Shown here: positions 13,476-24,461 of the stretch, one piece after another | How positions within the stretch are numbered: the stretch's first letter is position 1 | Layout of the letters: the number at the start of each line of letters is the position of its first letter | Notes under the pieces: generated by a model | Seen by the model: only the letters and a program-made list of their open reading frames with translations | Told to the model about the DNA's origin: nothing | Database searches by the model: none | Program-made: the position numbers and the translations under genes | From: Okamejei kenojei | Taxonomy: Eukaryota | Reading direction: 5' to 3' | NCBI GenBank assembly: GCA_035221665.1 | Contig: CM069132.1 | Span: forward strand, 135,284,001 to 135,348,000 | Length of the DNA: 64,000 nucleotides

Positions 13476-15530
13476 CAGGCACGTATCATAAGAGTAGGCA
13501 AGGTAACCATATAACAATTACAGCACGGAGACAGGCCCTCTCGGCCCTTCCAGTCCGTGCCGACCATTTGTTTTCCCCTAGTCCCATCTACCTGCACTCA
13601 GACCATACCCCTCCATTCCCTTCACGTCCATATACCTATCCACTTTACTTTTAAATGTTAAAATCGATCCTGCCTCCACCACCTCTGCTGGAAGCTCATT
13701 CCACACAGCCACCACCCTCTGAGTAAAGAAGTTCCCCCGCACGTTACCCCTAAACTTCTGTCCCTTAATTCTCATGTCATGCCCTCTTGTTTGAATCTTC
13801 CCTACCCTCAATGGGAAAAGCTTATCCACGTCAACTCTGTCTATCCCTTTCATCATTTTAAAGACCTCAATCAAGTCCCCCCTTAACCTTCTGCGCTCCA
13901 AAGAATAAAGACCTAACTTGTTCAACCTTTCTCTGTAACATAGTTGCTGGAACCCTGGCAACATTCTAGTAAATCTCCTCTGTACTCTCTCTCTACCCTA
14001 AGGTAGGCACTGCCTTAGTCGTCAGAAACATTATAACATAGTAATGTCTAAATATAAATAGTAAAGGCATGGGAGAATTATGCCTATGTAAGAGACCAAT
14101 CTCTTAGGTAGGCATAATTCTCCGTGCCTTTCATCCGCAGCGCTGGTAACACGAGAAGGTCTGTGCAGCCCACGTGCCGTCAGCGCTGCCTGAAGATGTC
14201 AGTTTCAAGCGGGGCTGAAGGCAGCTGAAATTCTGCCTTTGCAGCACTGCGCAGGCGCAGCAACCTACTGCGCAGCGCTAGTTTCTTGGCGGGGTTTTCA
14301 AATATGGATTGTCATTATTTTAAGTGTATCTTAGGAAACAGAGAGAGAAGAATGGAATTTGTGTACCAATAACGTGGTAAGTACATTTCTTGTTGCTTTT
14401 TTTAAAAAAATACCGTATTTCCCAGGGTGTGGGTGTGGGGGGAGAGTTCCTTTCACAGCGTTTTGGGAGTCTGGCCTGGGGTAAAGTTGCAGGGAGGGCA
14501 CGAAGGAGGAGTTGTGAAGGAGGGGATCGGGATAATGCCGCTTGCAACACTCCTTGCACGGAGCCACTGCATTGAGGATGGGAAGAAGCAGCTCGGGTGG
14601 CTTTGAGCGGCAGTCGGGCCGGATAGTGGAACTGGCCGCCATCTCATAGAAACTAGAAACATAGAAATTAGGTGCAGGAGTAGGCCATTCAGCCCTTCGA
14701 GCCTGCACATTCAATATGATCAGGCTGATCATCCAACTCAGTATTCCCGTACCTGCCTTCTCTCCATACCCTCTGATCCCCTTAGCCCTGATCTCAGCGC
14801 CTTCTGCTGGCCCCCGCTCACCCCTGGCAGCTCTCCGTCTAAAAACCTCTCTCCTGCCGCTCGCCGGCCTCACTCATGTCCCGCAAATCCTTAAATTCCA
14901 ACAGCGCAATTGAGGTTACTCGGCTGTGTGAATTAAGGATTTGCAGGAAGAGGCTGACATGAGCGAAGTCAGTGAGTGGCAGGTGTGAGGTGTTCAGGCG
15001 GAGACCAGAGGTGAGCGGGCCGGCAGAAGGCGCTGAAGTGGCGGCTCCCGGCGGCCGCTTGCAGCTGCCCGAGCTGCTTCTATCCCCGGCTACAATGCGT
15101 GGCTTCGCGCCCGGAGAGCTGCGGCAGTGAGTGAGTTACTGCCATTATCCCCGACCCCCTCTTTCTCAATACTCATGCCCTCCCTGCAACTTTACCCCTG
15201 GCACAGACTCTCCACACGCTGTGAAAGGAACTCTTCCCCCCAATTGGTCCCTTGAGCAAGTGTTGTCATTCAATAAGATGACAACTGATTCAACTTTTCC
15301 CTGTGCTCCCGTTTTTCCCACCATCTCTCCACCTGCCATCACCCTTCACCACCCACCCATTCAGTAATTAAGAATAAAGGAGACTAGGAAGCCTTGAGCA
15401 AATTGAATTGTTACTGGTTTTATTTTTATTTTTTATTTTTACGGAGTGAACAATCTGCGCATGCACGGTTTAATTTTTTTTAAAGCCGACTGAGTGCCTA
15501 CCCTGACTAGTTACTCACGGCACGTGCCTG
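13476..15530. mobile_element. Non-autonomous hAT-type DNA transposon (MITE), copy 1, containing two nested CR1 insertions
   Basis: Ends CAGGCACGT... and ...ACGGCACGTGCCTG; perfect 8-bp TSD GTGCTAGT at 13468-13475 and 15531-15538; no transposase ORF. Confidence 0.9.
13506..13999 (-). mobile_element. Young CR1-type LINE 3' fragment, copy A (inside hAT MITE 1)
   Basis: ORF2 C-terminus (LGLYSLERRRLRGDLIEVFK...NFFTQRVVAVWNELP), TTATATGG-type tail, TSD AAGGTA at 13500-13505 and 14000-14005. Confidence 0.92.
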
Positions 15531-16081
15531 GTGCTAGTGAACTGGTTGGCACAGATCCGGTGGGCCGAAGGGCCTGTTTTTGCTTTGTATCTCTAAAGTC
15601 TAAAGTCTAAAGAGATTCAAATTTATTGAATTTACTTTTTGCCAGATAATATGCTTTATTTGCTTTGTTAAACCTTTTCGTTTTGGACTGCTAACAATTC
15701 CTGATTCTCCCAAGAACTTTCCTTCTTGCATAAACATCTTGAAAACTCTATCATCCTCAACATTGAAGGATGTATAAACCTTTGCTTAATGGTTGAGAGT
15801 TAAATGCTTTACAAATCACAGAGGTTGTAGGTAAGTTGTGATTATCAACATTGTTCTAAAGAAGTCTCGACTCAAACCGTCATCTATCACTTCTTTCCAA
15901 AGATTCTGCCTGTCCTGCTGAGTTACTCCAGCATTTTGTGTCTACATTTGTTCTGTTGGCAGTTCAGTTCAGTTTATTGTCACGTGTACCGAGGGACAGT
16001 GAAAAGCTTTTGTTGCATACTTAACCAGTCAGCAGAAAGACAATACACAAATACTAGCTAATAAGCAACAATCAACAAAAC

Positions 16082-16302
16082 TCAGATACCTACCGCAGTT
16101 ATATATTGGTTCTTTGCCTGCTTGGCCCTCTGCATCTTCGGAGAAGGATTTGGAGATGAGTAATGGCAAGCCTTGTTAGATTCGGGATTAGGTGCCTCAT
16201 CAGAAAATGTGTCTGTGGAAAGCTGGTGCACATAGCTGAGAGTTGAGCCACTGATGCTTTCTGCTGAAGTGCATAGTGAAGAGGTCTCCGAGCTCTCTGT
16301 GA
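16082..16302 (-). CDS. PLEKHG4B: PLEKHG4B last or penultimate coding exon: (I)TESSETSSLCTS...KNQYITAVGI*
   Basis: Polypyrimidine tract plus ctag|TC ACA GAG AGC, in phase with the previous exon; TGA at 16082-16084 if read through. A possible internal donor at 16094 is discussed in findings. Confidence 0.75.
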
Positions 16303-17048
16303 CTAGGACAAAAGAGAAAGAATCACAGGAAGGCTCAGTATCCATCTGGTGACAGTGACCACCTTTAACACAGTACAATCATTGTACGATGGCGCCAACG
16401 CGCGGCAACTAACAATAGACACTTCCCCAACTGCGCAGGCGCGGACACTTATCCTAGGAGGGACATTTTTAAGAAGGAACTGCAGATGCTGGAAAAATTG
16501 AAGGTAGATAAAAATGCTGGAGAAATGAAGAAGGGTCTCGACCCGAAACATCACCTATTCCTTCGCTCCATAGATGCTGCCTCACCCGCTGAGTTTCTCC
16601 AGCATTTTTTCTACCCAGGAGGGAAATTGGCCTGCCAACAGTCATAAAACACAACAAGATACATGAAACATAAATTAAAGTGACGAGTGGAAGTGTCTAA
16701 AAACTAACTAACTAACCCAAAAAAAAACCCCAAAATAAACAGGAATTAAATAAGTTTTAAAAAAAAGGAAAAGACGATCAACTGTTGGCTGGCTGCCTTG
16801 TGCACAACGCAGGAACAGGAAGCAAAAAAAAACTCCCAAAAAAACAAAACAAAACAAAACACCAAACTGAATTGGTCCTGAATGCATGTAGGCCTTGAGA
16901 TGAGTTGACTGATTTTATTTTTATCTTGCAGTTTTGGAAAAGGTCAAAGAAAATATTTATTTTTAGTTTCTGAAGGTTTTTTAACATCAATTCACAATGT
17001 AAGTGTTAGGATTTGGTTTGAAATACATAACAGATTAACTAAATATAA

Positions 17049-17269
17049 ATATAATTTCCCTTCCCCTCACCTTCCCAGCTCTCCCACAGCCTACTGTCTC
17101 CACCTCTTCCTTTCCTCCCTCCCCCCCCACCCCCGACATCAGTCTGAAGAAGGGTCTCGACCAGAAACGTCACCTATTCCTTCGCTCCATAGATGCTGTC
17201 TCACCCGCTGAGTTTCCCCAGCTTTTTTTGTCTACCTTCAATTGTTCCAGCATCTGCAGTTCTTTCTTA
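17049..17269 (+). mobile_element. Penelope-derived mini-element
   Basis: Contains ctgaagaagggtctcgaccagaaacgtc; TSD AACTAAATATAA at 17037-17048 and 17270-17281. Confidence 0.82.
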
Positions 17270-17704
17270 AACTAAATATAATAGTGATTTCATTTCAAAA
17301 GATTTTTGTTGGCTGCCGTGCTGTAAATGTAGGTATTACCGAGTTCCTCCAGCAGTTTATTTCTTGCACACACATATAAACCTTGTTATTTTTTTTCGTT
17401 TATTTCAGACATCAGCATCAAGTAGTGCAGAAGCTATCATATTTGACATTTCTACCCTGGTGTAAGAGTTGGAGAACGTCATGCAGTAGAGAAAATCAAT
17501 ATTACCTAAATCATTTTGATTAAGACTTATCTGATATTTATGAACATATACGATTCAATTTTTGTGCTTATTGGCAAAATGTTCAAATGTTAAGTAAAAC
17601 AACAGGGCATATTGGAAGAAACATCACTGGATGGAGCAAGGATAAATCTGGCAAAGTAAATTAAGGCAGTTCCTCATAGCATTACATATGAGAATAAACA
17701 AAAT

Positions 17705-18017
17705 GGGTTTAGTTTAGAGATACAGTGCGGAAACAAGCCCTTCAGCCCACCGGGTCCGCGCCGACCAGCGATCCCTGCATATTAACACTATCCTACACAC
17801 ACCAGGGACAAGTTTTACATTTACCAAGGCAATTAACTTACAAACCTGTACATCTTTGGAGTGTGGGAGGAAACCAAAGATCTCTGAGAAAACCCACACA
17901 GGTCACGGGGAGAACGTACAAACTCCGTACAGACAGCACCCGTAGTCAGGATCAAACCCGGGTCTCCGGCGCTGATTTCGCTGTCAGGCAGCAACTCTAC
18001 CACTGCGCCACTGTGCC
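17705..18017 (-). repeat. tRNA-derived V-SINE (HE1-like)
   Basis: Full length: GGCACAGTGGCGCAGTGGTAGAG A-box head, B-box-like GTTTGATCC, tail shared with the CR1 3' end. Confidence 0.85.
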
Positions 18018-18089
18018 ACCCCACAAATGAGGTTTGATGAGGTTTCAGAAACTTAACGAATAACAATGTTAATTTTATTGTAAACTCAC

Positions 18090-18359
18090 TTATAGAGGGT
18101 TGGCTCCCTGCATCTTGCTCCAGTTCATCTTCTTCGATGCACGTGCCAATATCAGAGGACCACTGGTTGAAAGGTGTCAAATGCAGACCAGCATGCATCG
18201 GGCTCGAGTACACATGAAGATTGAGAGTCCCTAGAATGGAGGAGGATGACTGGCTGCTCGAAGATGAGGTGCTGCTATTGGATATAGTGGAATGAGGCCT
18301 CTTGAAGGAAATGGAGTGGTCGAATGAAGTCACAGCAATAGATGCTCTTGTTCTAGTTT
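18090..18359 (-). CDS. PLEKHG4B: PLEKHG4B exon, Ser-rich C-terminal region
   Basis: ttag|AA ACT AGA ... ATA A|gtgagt, 270 nt, phase 1/1; (E)TRTRASIAVTSFDHSISFKRPHSTISNSSTSSSSSQSSSSILG...EEDELEQDAGSQPSI. Confidence 0.92.
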
Positions 18360-20399
18360 CTAATGAGTCACAATCAAATTGAAAATTGTTAGAAAGAAAA
18401 TACTTAGGATACATTAGGATAGAGAAGATCTTTGAATTGTATAATTGCATTTCAAGGGAATTTTAGTGAGGGAATCATAGAAGTTCAGGCACAAATGGGA
18501 AGCAATTTGCAATACAGATTCTATCAGGTTGATACAGGCACTGATTAGCCTGATAAGTAGTTTTATGGAGATCAAAACAAGTTCTGTAACTATTTCAGTT
18601 TTATGGGGAACGAGGACACTTTCTCTTGGATCATTACAAGCAAAACTGCTCTTTCCAAACTGATCGAGGGTGACCAGCATAAGATTCACCATTCCCCTCC
18701 CCTACGCTCGATCTCAACGCTATGAGCTGACTTAAAACATGCTTCACATGTTGTTTGTTTGACAAAGAAAATGAGGAAGGACCACATTCTCAATTGGAAA
18801 TCTGTGTATAATTCAATTTAAAATAGCCACAGTAAATGAGGAGACAAGATGAAAGATAGTTCATCAAACATAGGGTTGGTCAAGTGTGGAACGTTTTGCC
18901 ACTAATAGAATACCTGAGGCAAAAATATCTTTTAAGGGAAAAATATTGTATAATTGGCCTCTCCAGCAAAGTCTTACAATGAATCAAATGTTTCTCCCCA
19001 CCAAAAGATTAATCTAACAGACATTTTCTTTCCTTGCTTTCGTGCTTCATATCCTCTATGACCGGAAGAAACTTTTTTTCTGTTCACTATGACCAGCTAA
19101 AGGGTGCTTATGTGTTTTCTTTGAGGTGGCTTACACTCGTTGTGATTAGCTCATCTAAAGCTGCTCTACCTCCTGTCGCTCTGCATCAGGCCTTGATGAA
19201 AGGTGGCTGTGTACATGAGGTCACTTTCCACCCTTCTCGAAAAGCACTCAGCAATTTCCCATGGCAATACCGCGAAAAAAAAGATGATATTGATGTCAGT
19301 GTACAGCCACAAGGCATCAACATCACACGTGTGTACATGGTAGCTGGCACAATGTAGAAGGGAGATGGAAAAGACAATTCTTTTATCCTAGGTGGCCACC
19401 ACCTCATTCAGATCAATGGGACCTAAAGACAACAAATTCTATGCTTAATACACAGGCCAAACAAAGGTCTATTGTAATGTTAAAGAAGGAACTGCAGATG
19501 CTGGAGAATCGAGGGTACACAAAAAGCTGGAGAAACTCAGCGGGTGCAGCAGCATCTAAGGAGCGAAGGAGATAGGCGACGTTTCGGGTCGAGACCCTTC
19601 TTCAGACTGGTCAGAGATCAGGGAAACGAGAGATATAGACGGTGATGTGGAGAGATAAGGAACAATGAATGAAAGATATGCAAAAAAGTATCGATGATAA
19701 AGGGAACAAGCCATTGTAAGCTGTTTGTGGTGTGAAAATGAGAAGCTGGTGCGACTCGGGTGGGGGAGGGAGATAGAGATAGAGGGAATGCCAGGGCCCG
19801 AGGGCTGAGGGAGAGGTGCTTCCTGTAAGGACTCCGTCCCCTATTCCCAATTCCTCCGTCTACGCCGCATCTGCTCCCAGGATGAGGTGTTCCACACCAG
19901 GTCATCACAAATGGCCTCATTCTTCAGAGAACGGGGATTCCCCTCCCCCACTATTGATGAGGCTCGCACCAGGGTCTCCTCCATACCCCGCAACACTGCC
20001 CTCGCTCCCCATTCCCCCACTCGCAAACAGGGCAGAGTCCCCCTGGTCCTCACCTTTCACCCCACCAGCCGGCAAATACAACATATACTCCGCCAGTTTC
20101 GCCACCTCCAACGTGACCCCTCCACCCGCCACATCTTCCCATCTCCCCCCCTGTCTGCCTTCCGCAAAGACCGCTCCCTCCGCAACTTCCTTGTCAATTC
20201 TTCCCTCCCCTCCCACTCTACCCCTTCCCCGGGCACTTTCCCTTGCAACCGCAAGAAATGCAACACTTGTCCCTTCACCTCCCCCCTCCACTCCTTTCAG
20301 GGACCCAAGCAGTCCTTCCAGGTCCGACAGAGGTTCACCTACACCTCCTCCAACCTCATCTACTGCATCCGCTGCTCCAGATGCCAGATGATCTATATC

Positions 20400-20831
20400 A
20401 TATAACCATATAAACCATATAAAACCATATAACAATTACAGCACGGAGACAGGCCCTCTCGGCCCTTCCAGTCCGTGCCGACCATTTGTTTTCCCCTAGT
20501 CCCATCTACCTGCACTCAGACCATACCCCTCCATTCCCTTCACGTCCATATACCTATCCACTTTACTTTTAAATGTTAAAATCGATCCTGCCTCCACCAC
20601 CTCTGCTGGAAGCTCATTCCACACAGCCACCACCCTCTGAGTAAAGAAGTTCCCTCTCACGTTACCCCTAAACTTCTGTCTCTTAATTCTCATGTCATGC
20701 CCTCTTGTTTGAATCTTCCGTACCCTCAATGGGAAAAGCTTATCCACGTCAACTCTGTCTATCCCTTTCATCATTTTAAAGACCTCAATCAAGTCCCCCC
20801 TTAACCTTCTGCGCTCCAAAGAATAAAGACC
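20400..20831 (-). mobile_element. Young CR1-type LINE 3' fragment, copy B (inside the Penelope GIY-YIG motif)
   Basis: Near-identical to copy A; TSD ATATC at 20395-20399 and 20832-20836. Confidence 0.92.
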
Positions 20832-21314
20832 ATATCGGTGAGACCAAGCAGAGGCTTGGCGATCGCTTCGCTGAACACCTCCGCTCGGTCCGCAATAACC
20901 AAGCCGACCTCCCGGTGGCTCAGCACTTCAACTCCCCCTCCCATTCCACATCCGACCTCTCGGTCCTGGGCCTCCTCAAGCTGAGCATCACCGCAAGCTG
21001 GAGGAACAGCACCTCATATTCCGCTTGGGGAGTCTGCATCCTTTGGGCTTGAACATTGAATTTTCTCAATTCTGTTAACCCTTGCTGTCTCCTCCCCTTC
21101 CCACCTCTCCCTCAGCCCTCGGGCCCTGGCATTCCCTCTATCTCTATCTCCCTCCCCCACCCGAGTCGCACCAGCTTCTCATTTTCACACCACAAACAGC
21201 TTACAATGGCTTGTTCCCTTTATCATCGATACTTTTTTGCATATCTTTCATTCATTGTTCCTTATCTCTCCACATCACCGTCTATATCTCTTGTTTCCCT
21301 GATTCCTGACCAGT

Positions 21315-21342
21315 CTGAAGAAGGGTCTCGACCCGAAACGTC
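21315..21342 (+). ncRNA. Minimal type I hammerhead-ribozyme-like core in the Penelope terminal repeat (mirror copy 19578-19605 on minus strand)
   Basis: CTGAAGA-AGGGTCTCGACCC-GAAAC-GTC: CUGANGA box, helix II GGGT/ACCC, GAAA box, palindromic ACGT mini helix III, GUC triplet. Helix I is weak, so activity is uncertain. Confidence 0.6.
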
Positions 21343-21836
21343 GCCTATCTCCTTCGCTCCTTAGATGCTGCTGCACCCGCTGAGTTTCTCCAGCTTTTTG
21401 TGTACCCAAGGGTCTATAGTAAAATTGACTATAACAAGAAACATAGAAACATAGAAAATAGGTGCAGGAGTAGGCCATTCGGCCCTTCGAGACAGCACCG
21501 CCATTCAATATGGTCATGGCTGATCATCCAAAATCAGTAAACTGTTCCTGCTTTCTCCCCATATCCCTTGATTCTGTATACGACATTTCAAAAGAGCAAT
21601 GGGTCCAAATATTACAGTATTGAAAAATAACATCAGGAGGGAATAGAACATCTGTGAATGAGTAGATTTGAAAGATGATGTCCAGGAAGTAAATTGAGTC
21701 CCTGAATTATCTTCTTAATTTGTGAATGTCCCTTCCCCATTTATTGTGCATTCAAAAAGAATCAAGATGCAGAACCTTCAGCGTGCCAGACAATTAAATG
21801 TTTAAATGTTTTCCCTGATTATTTTGTTTGACATAC

Positions 21837-21953
21837 CTGTACCCTTCATGGTGTAATCAATTGCATGATCGCTGATGGCAGCCTCACTGGGCTTGATGTC
21901 CATAAATGGTTTATTACCAATCCCCATGGACACCATCTCTTGCATCCTCAACT
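21837..21953 (-). CDS. PLEKHG4B: PLEKHG4B exon: (E)LRMQEMVSMGIGNKPFMDIKPSEAAISDHAIDYTMKGT
   Basis: cag|AG TTG ... ACA G|gtatgt, 117 nt, phase 1/1; conserved post-PH motif QEMVSMGIGNKPFMDI. Confidence 0.94.
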
Positions 21954-22814
21954 CTGTAACAAATAATGTGCTGGTCAATCTCTAAAGGATCACTAAACTA
22001 TACATTATTCAGATGGCAAGCATGTAACTGTCTCTACTTCAATTCTTATTTGACAAGTGAAACTTTGAATCCCTGGTGCCAATTGTCCCTGAGGCAACGC
22101 TCATTGAAAGATCTGCACATTGCGGGAGGATAGTGAAGAGAAAGGGCACAGAGTGCCTGATTAACTCAGCAAGTCAGGCAGCATCTCTGGTGAGCTAGGT
22201 GACGATTAGGGTCAAAACCCTTCTTCTTGATTGTAGGGAGGGGGAGAGCTGGAATGGGGGAGAGGCAGGACTTAGCGTGGCAGGTAGCTAGGTCAATGAA
22301 ATGCTGGAGTAACTCAATGGGGCGAGCAGCATCCGTGGTGGGAAATGGGCGGACAATGTTTCAGTCTTTATCTGTCCATTTCCCTTCACAGATGCTGCCT
22401 GGCCCACAGAGGTCCTCCAGCAGAATAGGTGAATGGTTTGTATTGTTCTTGAATGGAGCTGGAAAAGCCTTCTTCATACTCCTGTGATCATTCCATGCTC
22501 TGACCACCTGAGTATTTTAATTCAGACCTGAGTGGGGAAGTTGCTGCACTTCTGCTGTCAGACTGATGCAAGAATATAAAAGGATTGGGATCCAAAGTCT
22601 CCAAACATTAACCGGCTTTGAACCACAGTCCATACTGAGCAATAATCCTCTTTCGAGCTTTGTATGAAAAGTTCAGCATTCATGCATTTGAAGCAAGCGA
22701 TACCGTCAATTCAATCCAGCTCCTTAGAAGGGACAATCCTAAACAGTGACACTGGGAATGTGAATCACTGCCCCCTTGTAGTAAACAAACTAACAGCATT
22801 GACGATGGCAGAAG

Positions 22815-23120
22815 ATGGCATGGTGGCGCAGCGGTAGTGTTGCTGCCTTACAGCGTTTGCAGCGCCAGAGACCCAGGTTCGATCCTGACAACGGGTGCTT
22901 GTCTGTACGTTCTCCCCGTGACCTGTGTGGGTTTTCTCCGAGATCTTCGGTTTCCTCCCACATTCCAACGACATACAGGTATGTAAGTAAATTGGCTTGG
23001 TAAATGTACAAATTGTCCCTAGTGTGTGTACGATGGTGTTAATGTGTGGGGATCGCTGGTCGGCGCGGACCCGGTGGGCCGAAGGGCCTGTTTCCTCACT
23101 GTATCTCTAAACTAAACTAA
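22815..23120 (+). repeat. tRNA-derived V-SINE (HE1-like)
   Basis: TGGTGGCGCAGCGG A box, GTTCGATCC B box, (TAAAC)n tail; ends about 30 bp from the exon donor at 23149. Confidence 0.88.
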
Positions 23121-23148
23121 AAAAAAGACTTGAATATTACTGACGTAC

Positions 23149-23326
23149 CTCGGTTTCTGAGGGCCTGGCGCCACAGGATCTTTCCTATGACATTCGTCCA
23201 GGTTAACTTAACCTCAGAAGAGCTGGACTGAAAGATGTAAGTGTCCTGAGATTTCCTTCTCCTGAACCAGATCTCGAAACGTAGCCCGCTTTCTCCAACG
23301 TTCTCGGTCATTCCAATCTCGGCCGT
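23149..23326 (-). CDS. PLEKHG4B: PLEKHG4B exon, PH domain C-terminal half
   Basis: cag|ACG GCC GAG ... CGA G|gtacgt, 178 nt; TAEIGMTENVGESGLRFEIWFRRRKSQDTYIFQ...WTNVIGKILWRQALRNR. Confidence 0.96.
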
Positions 23327-23494
23327 CTGAAATAAGCCAATAACCCAGTGAGTGCAGAAAAACTCTTGTCAAATGTTACCATGCATCACTTAAAATATAG
23401 TTGAGGACGTCTTTTTTGAAATGCAAGATACAATCTTGTGATTAGATTTGCAGTAACATCTCATTTTGCTTTGTGCTTCAATATTTAGTTTCTT

Positions 23495-23805
23495 TTTTTT
23501 TAGTTTAGAGAGACAGGGCGGATGCAAGCCCTTCGGCCAACCAAGTCCGCACCGACTAGTGATCCCCACACATTAACACTATTCAAACACACATTAAGGA
23601 CAATTTACAATTATACCGAGACAATTAACCTATACTTCTTTGGCGTGTGAGAGGAAACCAAAGATCTCGGAGAAAACCCATGCGGTTACGGGGAGAACGT
23701 ACAAACTCCGTATAGACAGCACCTCTAGTCGAGATCGAACCCGGGTATCAGCCACTGCAAGCGCTGCAAGCACTGCAAGGCAGCAACTCTACTGCTGCAC
23801 CACCT
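23495..23805 (-). repeat. tRNA-derived V-SINE (HE1-like)
   Basis: Same family in reverse orientation; with 22815-23120 it flanks the PH exon as an inverted pair. Confidence 0.82.
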
Positions 23806-24461
23806 TAGTTTTTAAATTCTTCTTAGGCATCGCTCTGCCCAGTGGTGTCCTCCAGCTCTAAAACAATCCAATGTTCTGCCCATCTGAGCTTGCCTCGTAT
23901 CCCCACTTTTCAACATACTAGTACTGGCAATCATGCTTTTTATCATCTTTAATCGGACTTTACTGGACTTTATCATGCAATAACCCTTTACCATATATCT
24001 GTACACTGTGGCTCGATTGTAATTATGTATTGTCTTACTGCTGACTGGTTAGCACGCACTAAAAGCTTTTCACTGTACCTTGACACACATGATAATAAAC
24101 TAAACATTTTTTTTTCTAAAGAGCAAAATAGAAGACATCCTCAAAGAGGAAGACGTGTCTCAGATTTTTTTTAACGTTCATACCAATTGACAAATTCCTC
24201 CTAACATGTAAGCTTTCCCTGATCTTTTATACAGGGGAAGCAAACTGTTATAAAATAATAATATCCATCTTTTGTGTTAATATTAATCAACTTCTCGCTC
24301 CTGTTTAAAATATTTCTTCAGATGTGTATTTCAAAGCCAGCTGTGCTAATATCTTTGTTTGAAACTGTTTCTGCCAGATTTATTAGGCAAAAAATATTGT
24401 ATGGAAGCAAGTCATTGCTGTATAAGTCATAACATTTCAAAGTGAATAATTTGTCAATTAC

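Larger units (their letters stand above)
13245..15612 (+). repeat. V-SINE split by hAT MITE 1 (halves 13245-13475 and 15531-15612)
   Basis: 5' half ends at gtgctagt and the 3' half resumes gtgctagtgaactgg...ggtgggccgaagggcctg...tctctaaagtctaaagtctaaa. Confidence 0.8.
19482..21407 (+). mobile_element. Penelope-like retroelement, 5'-truncated, with inverted terminal arms; RT C-terminus plus GIY-YIG endonuclease, disrupted
   Basis: Frame from about 19819 reads SCKDSVPYSQFLRLRRICSQDE...CNRKKCNTC...NLIYCIRCSRCQMIYI|GETKQRLGDRFAEH...VAQHFN...KLEEQHLIFRLGSLHPLGLN (stop at 21078). CR1 insertion at 20400-20831 and a frameshift near 20977. 19513-19818 is the reverse complement of 21102-21407. Confidence 0.93.

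Noticed and set aside
14331-14873. 180-aa ORF sharing its N-terminus with 40081..40374, as a candidate duplicated gene or transposase
   Set aside because: Both lie in the MITE core; the first runs through a nested CR1 tail; no transposase motifs, and the frames diverge.
19816-20435. Overlapping 191-aa (+) and 172-aa (-) ORFs
   Set aside because: Alternative-frame and antisense shadows of the GC-rich Penelope ORF (the real frame is 19887..20405).
22815-22890. tRNA genes at SINE heads
   Set aside because: A and B boxes are present but there is no complete cloverleaf; each continues into the SINE body and tail.
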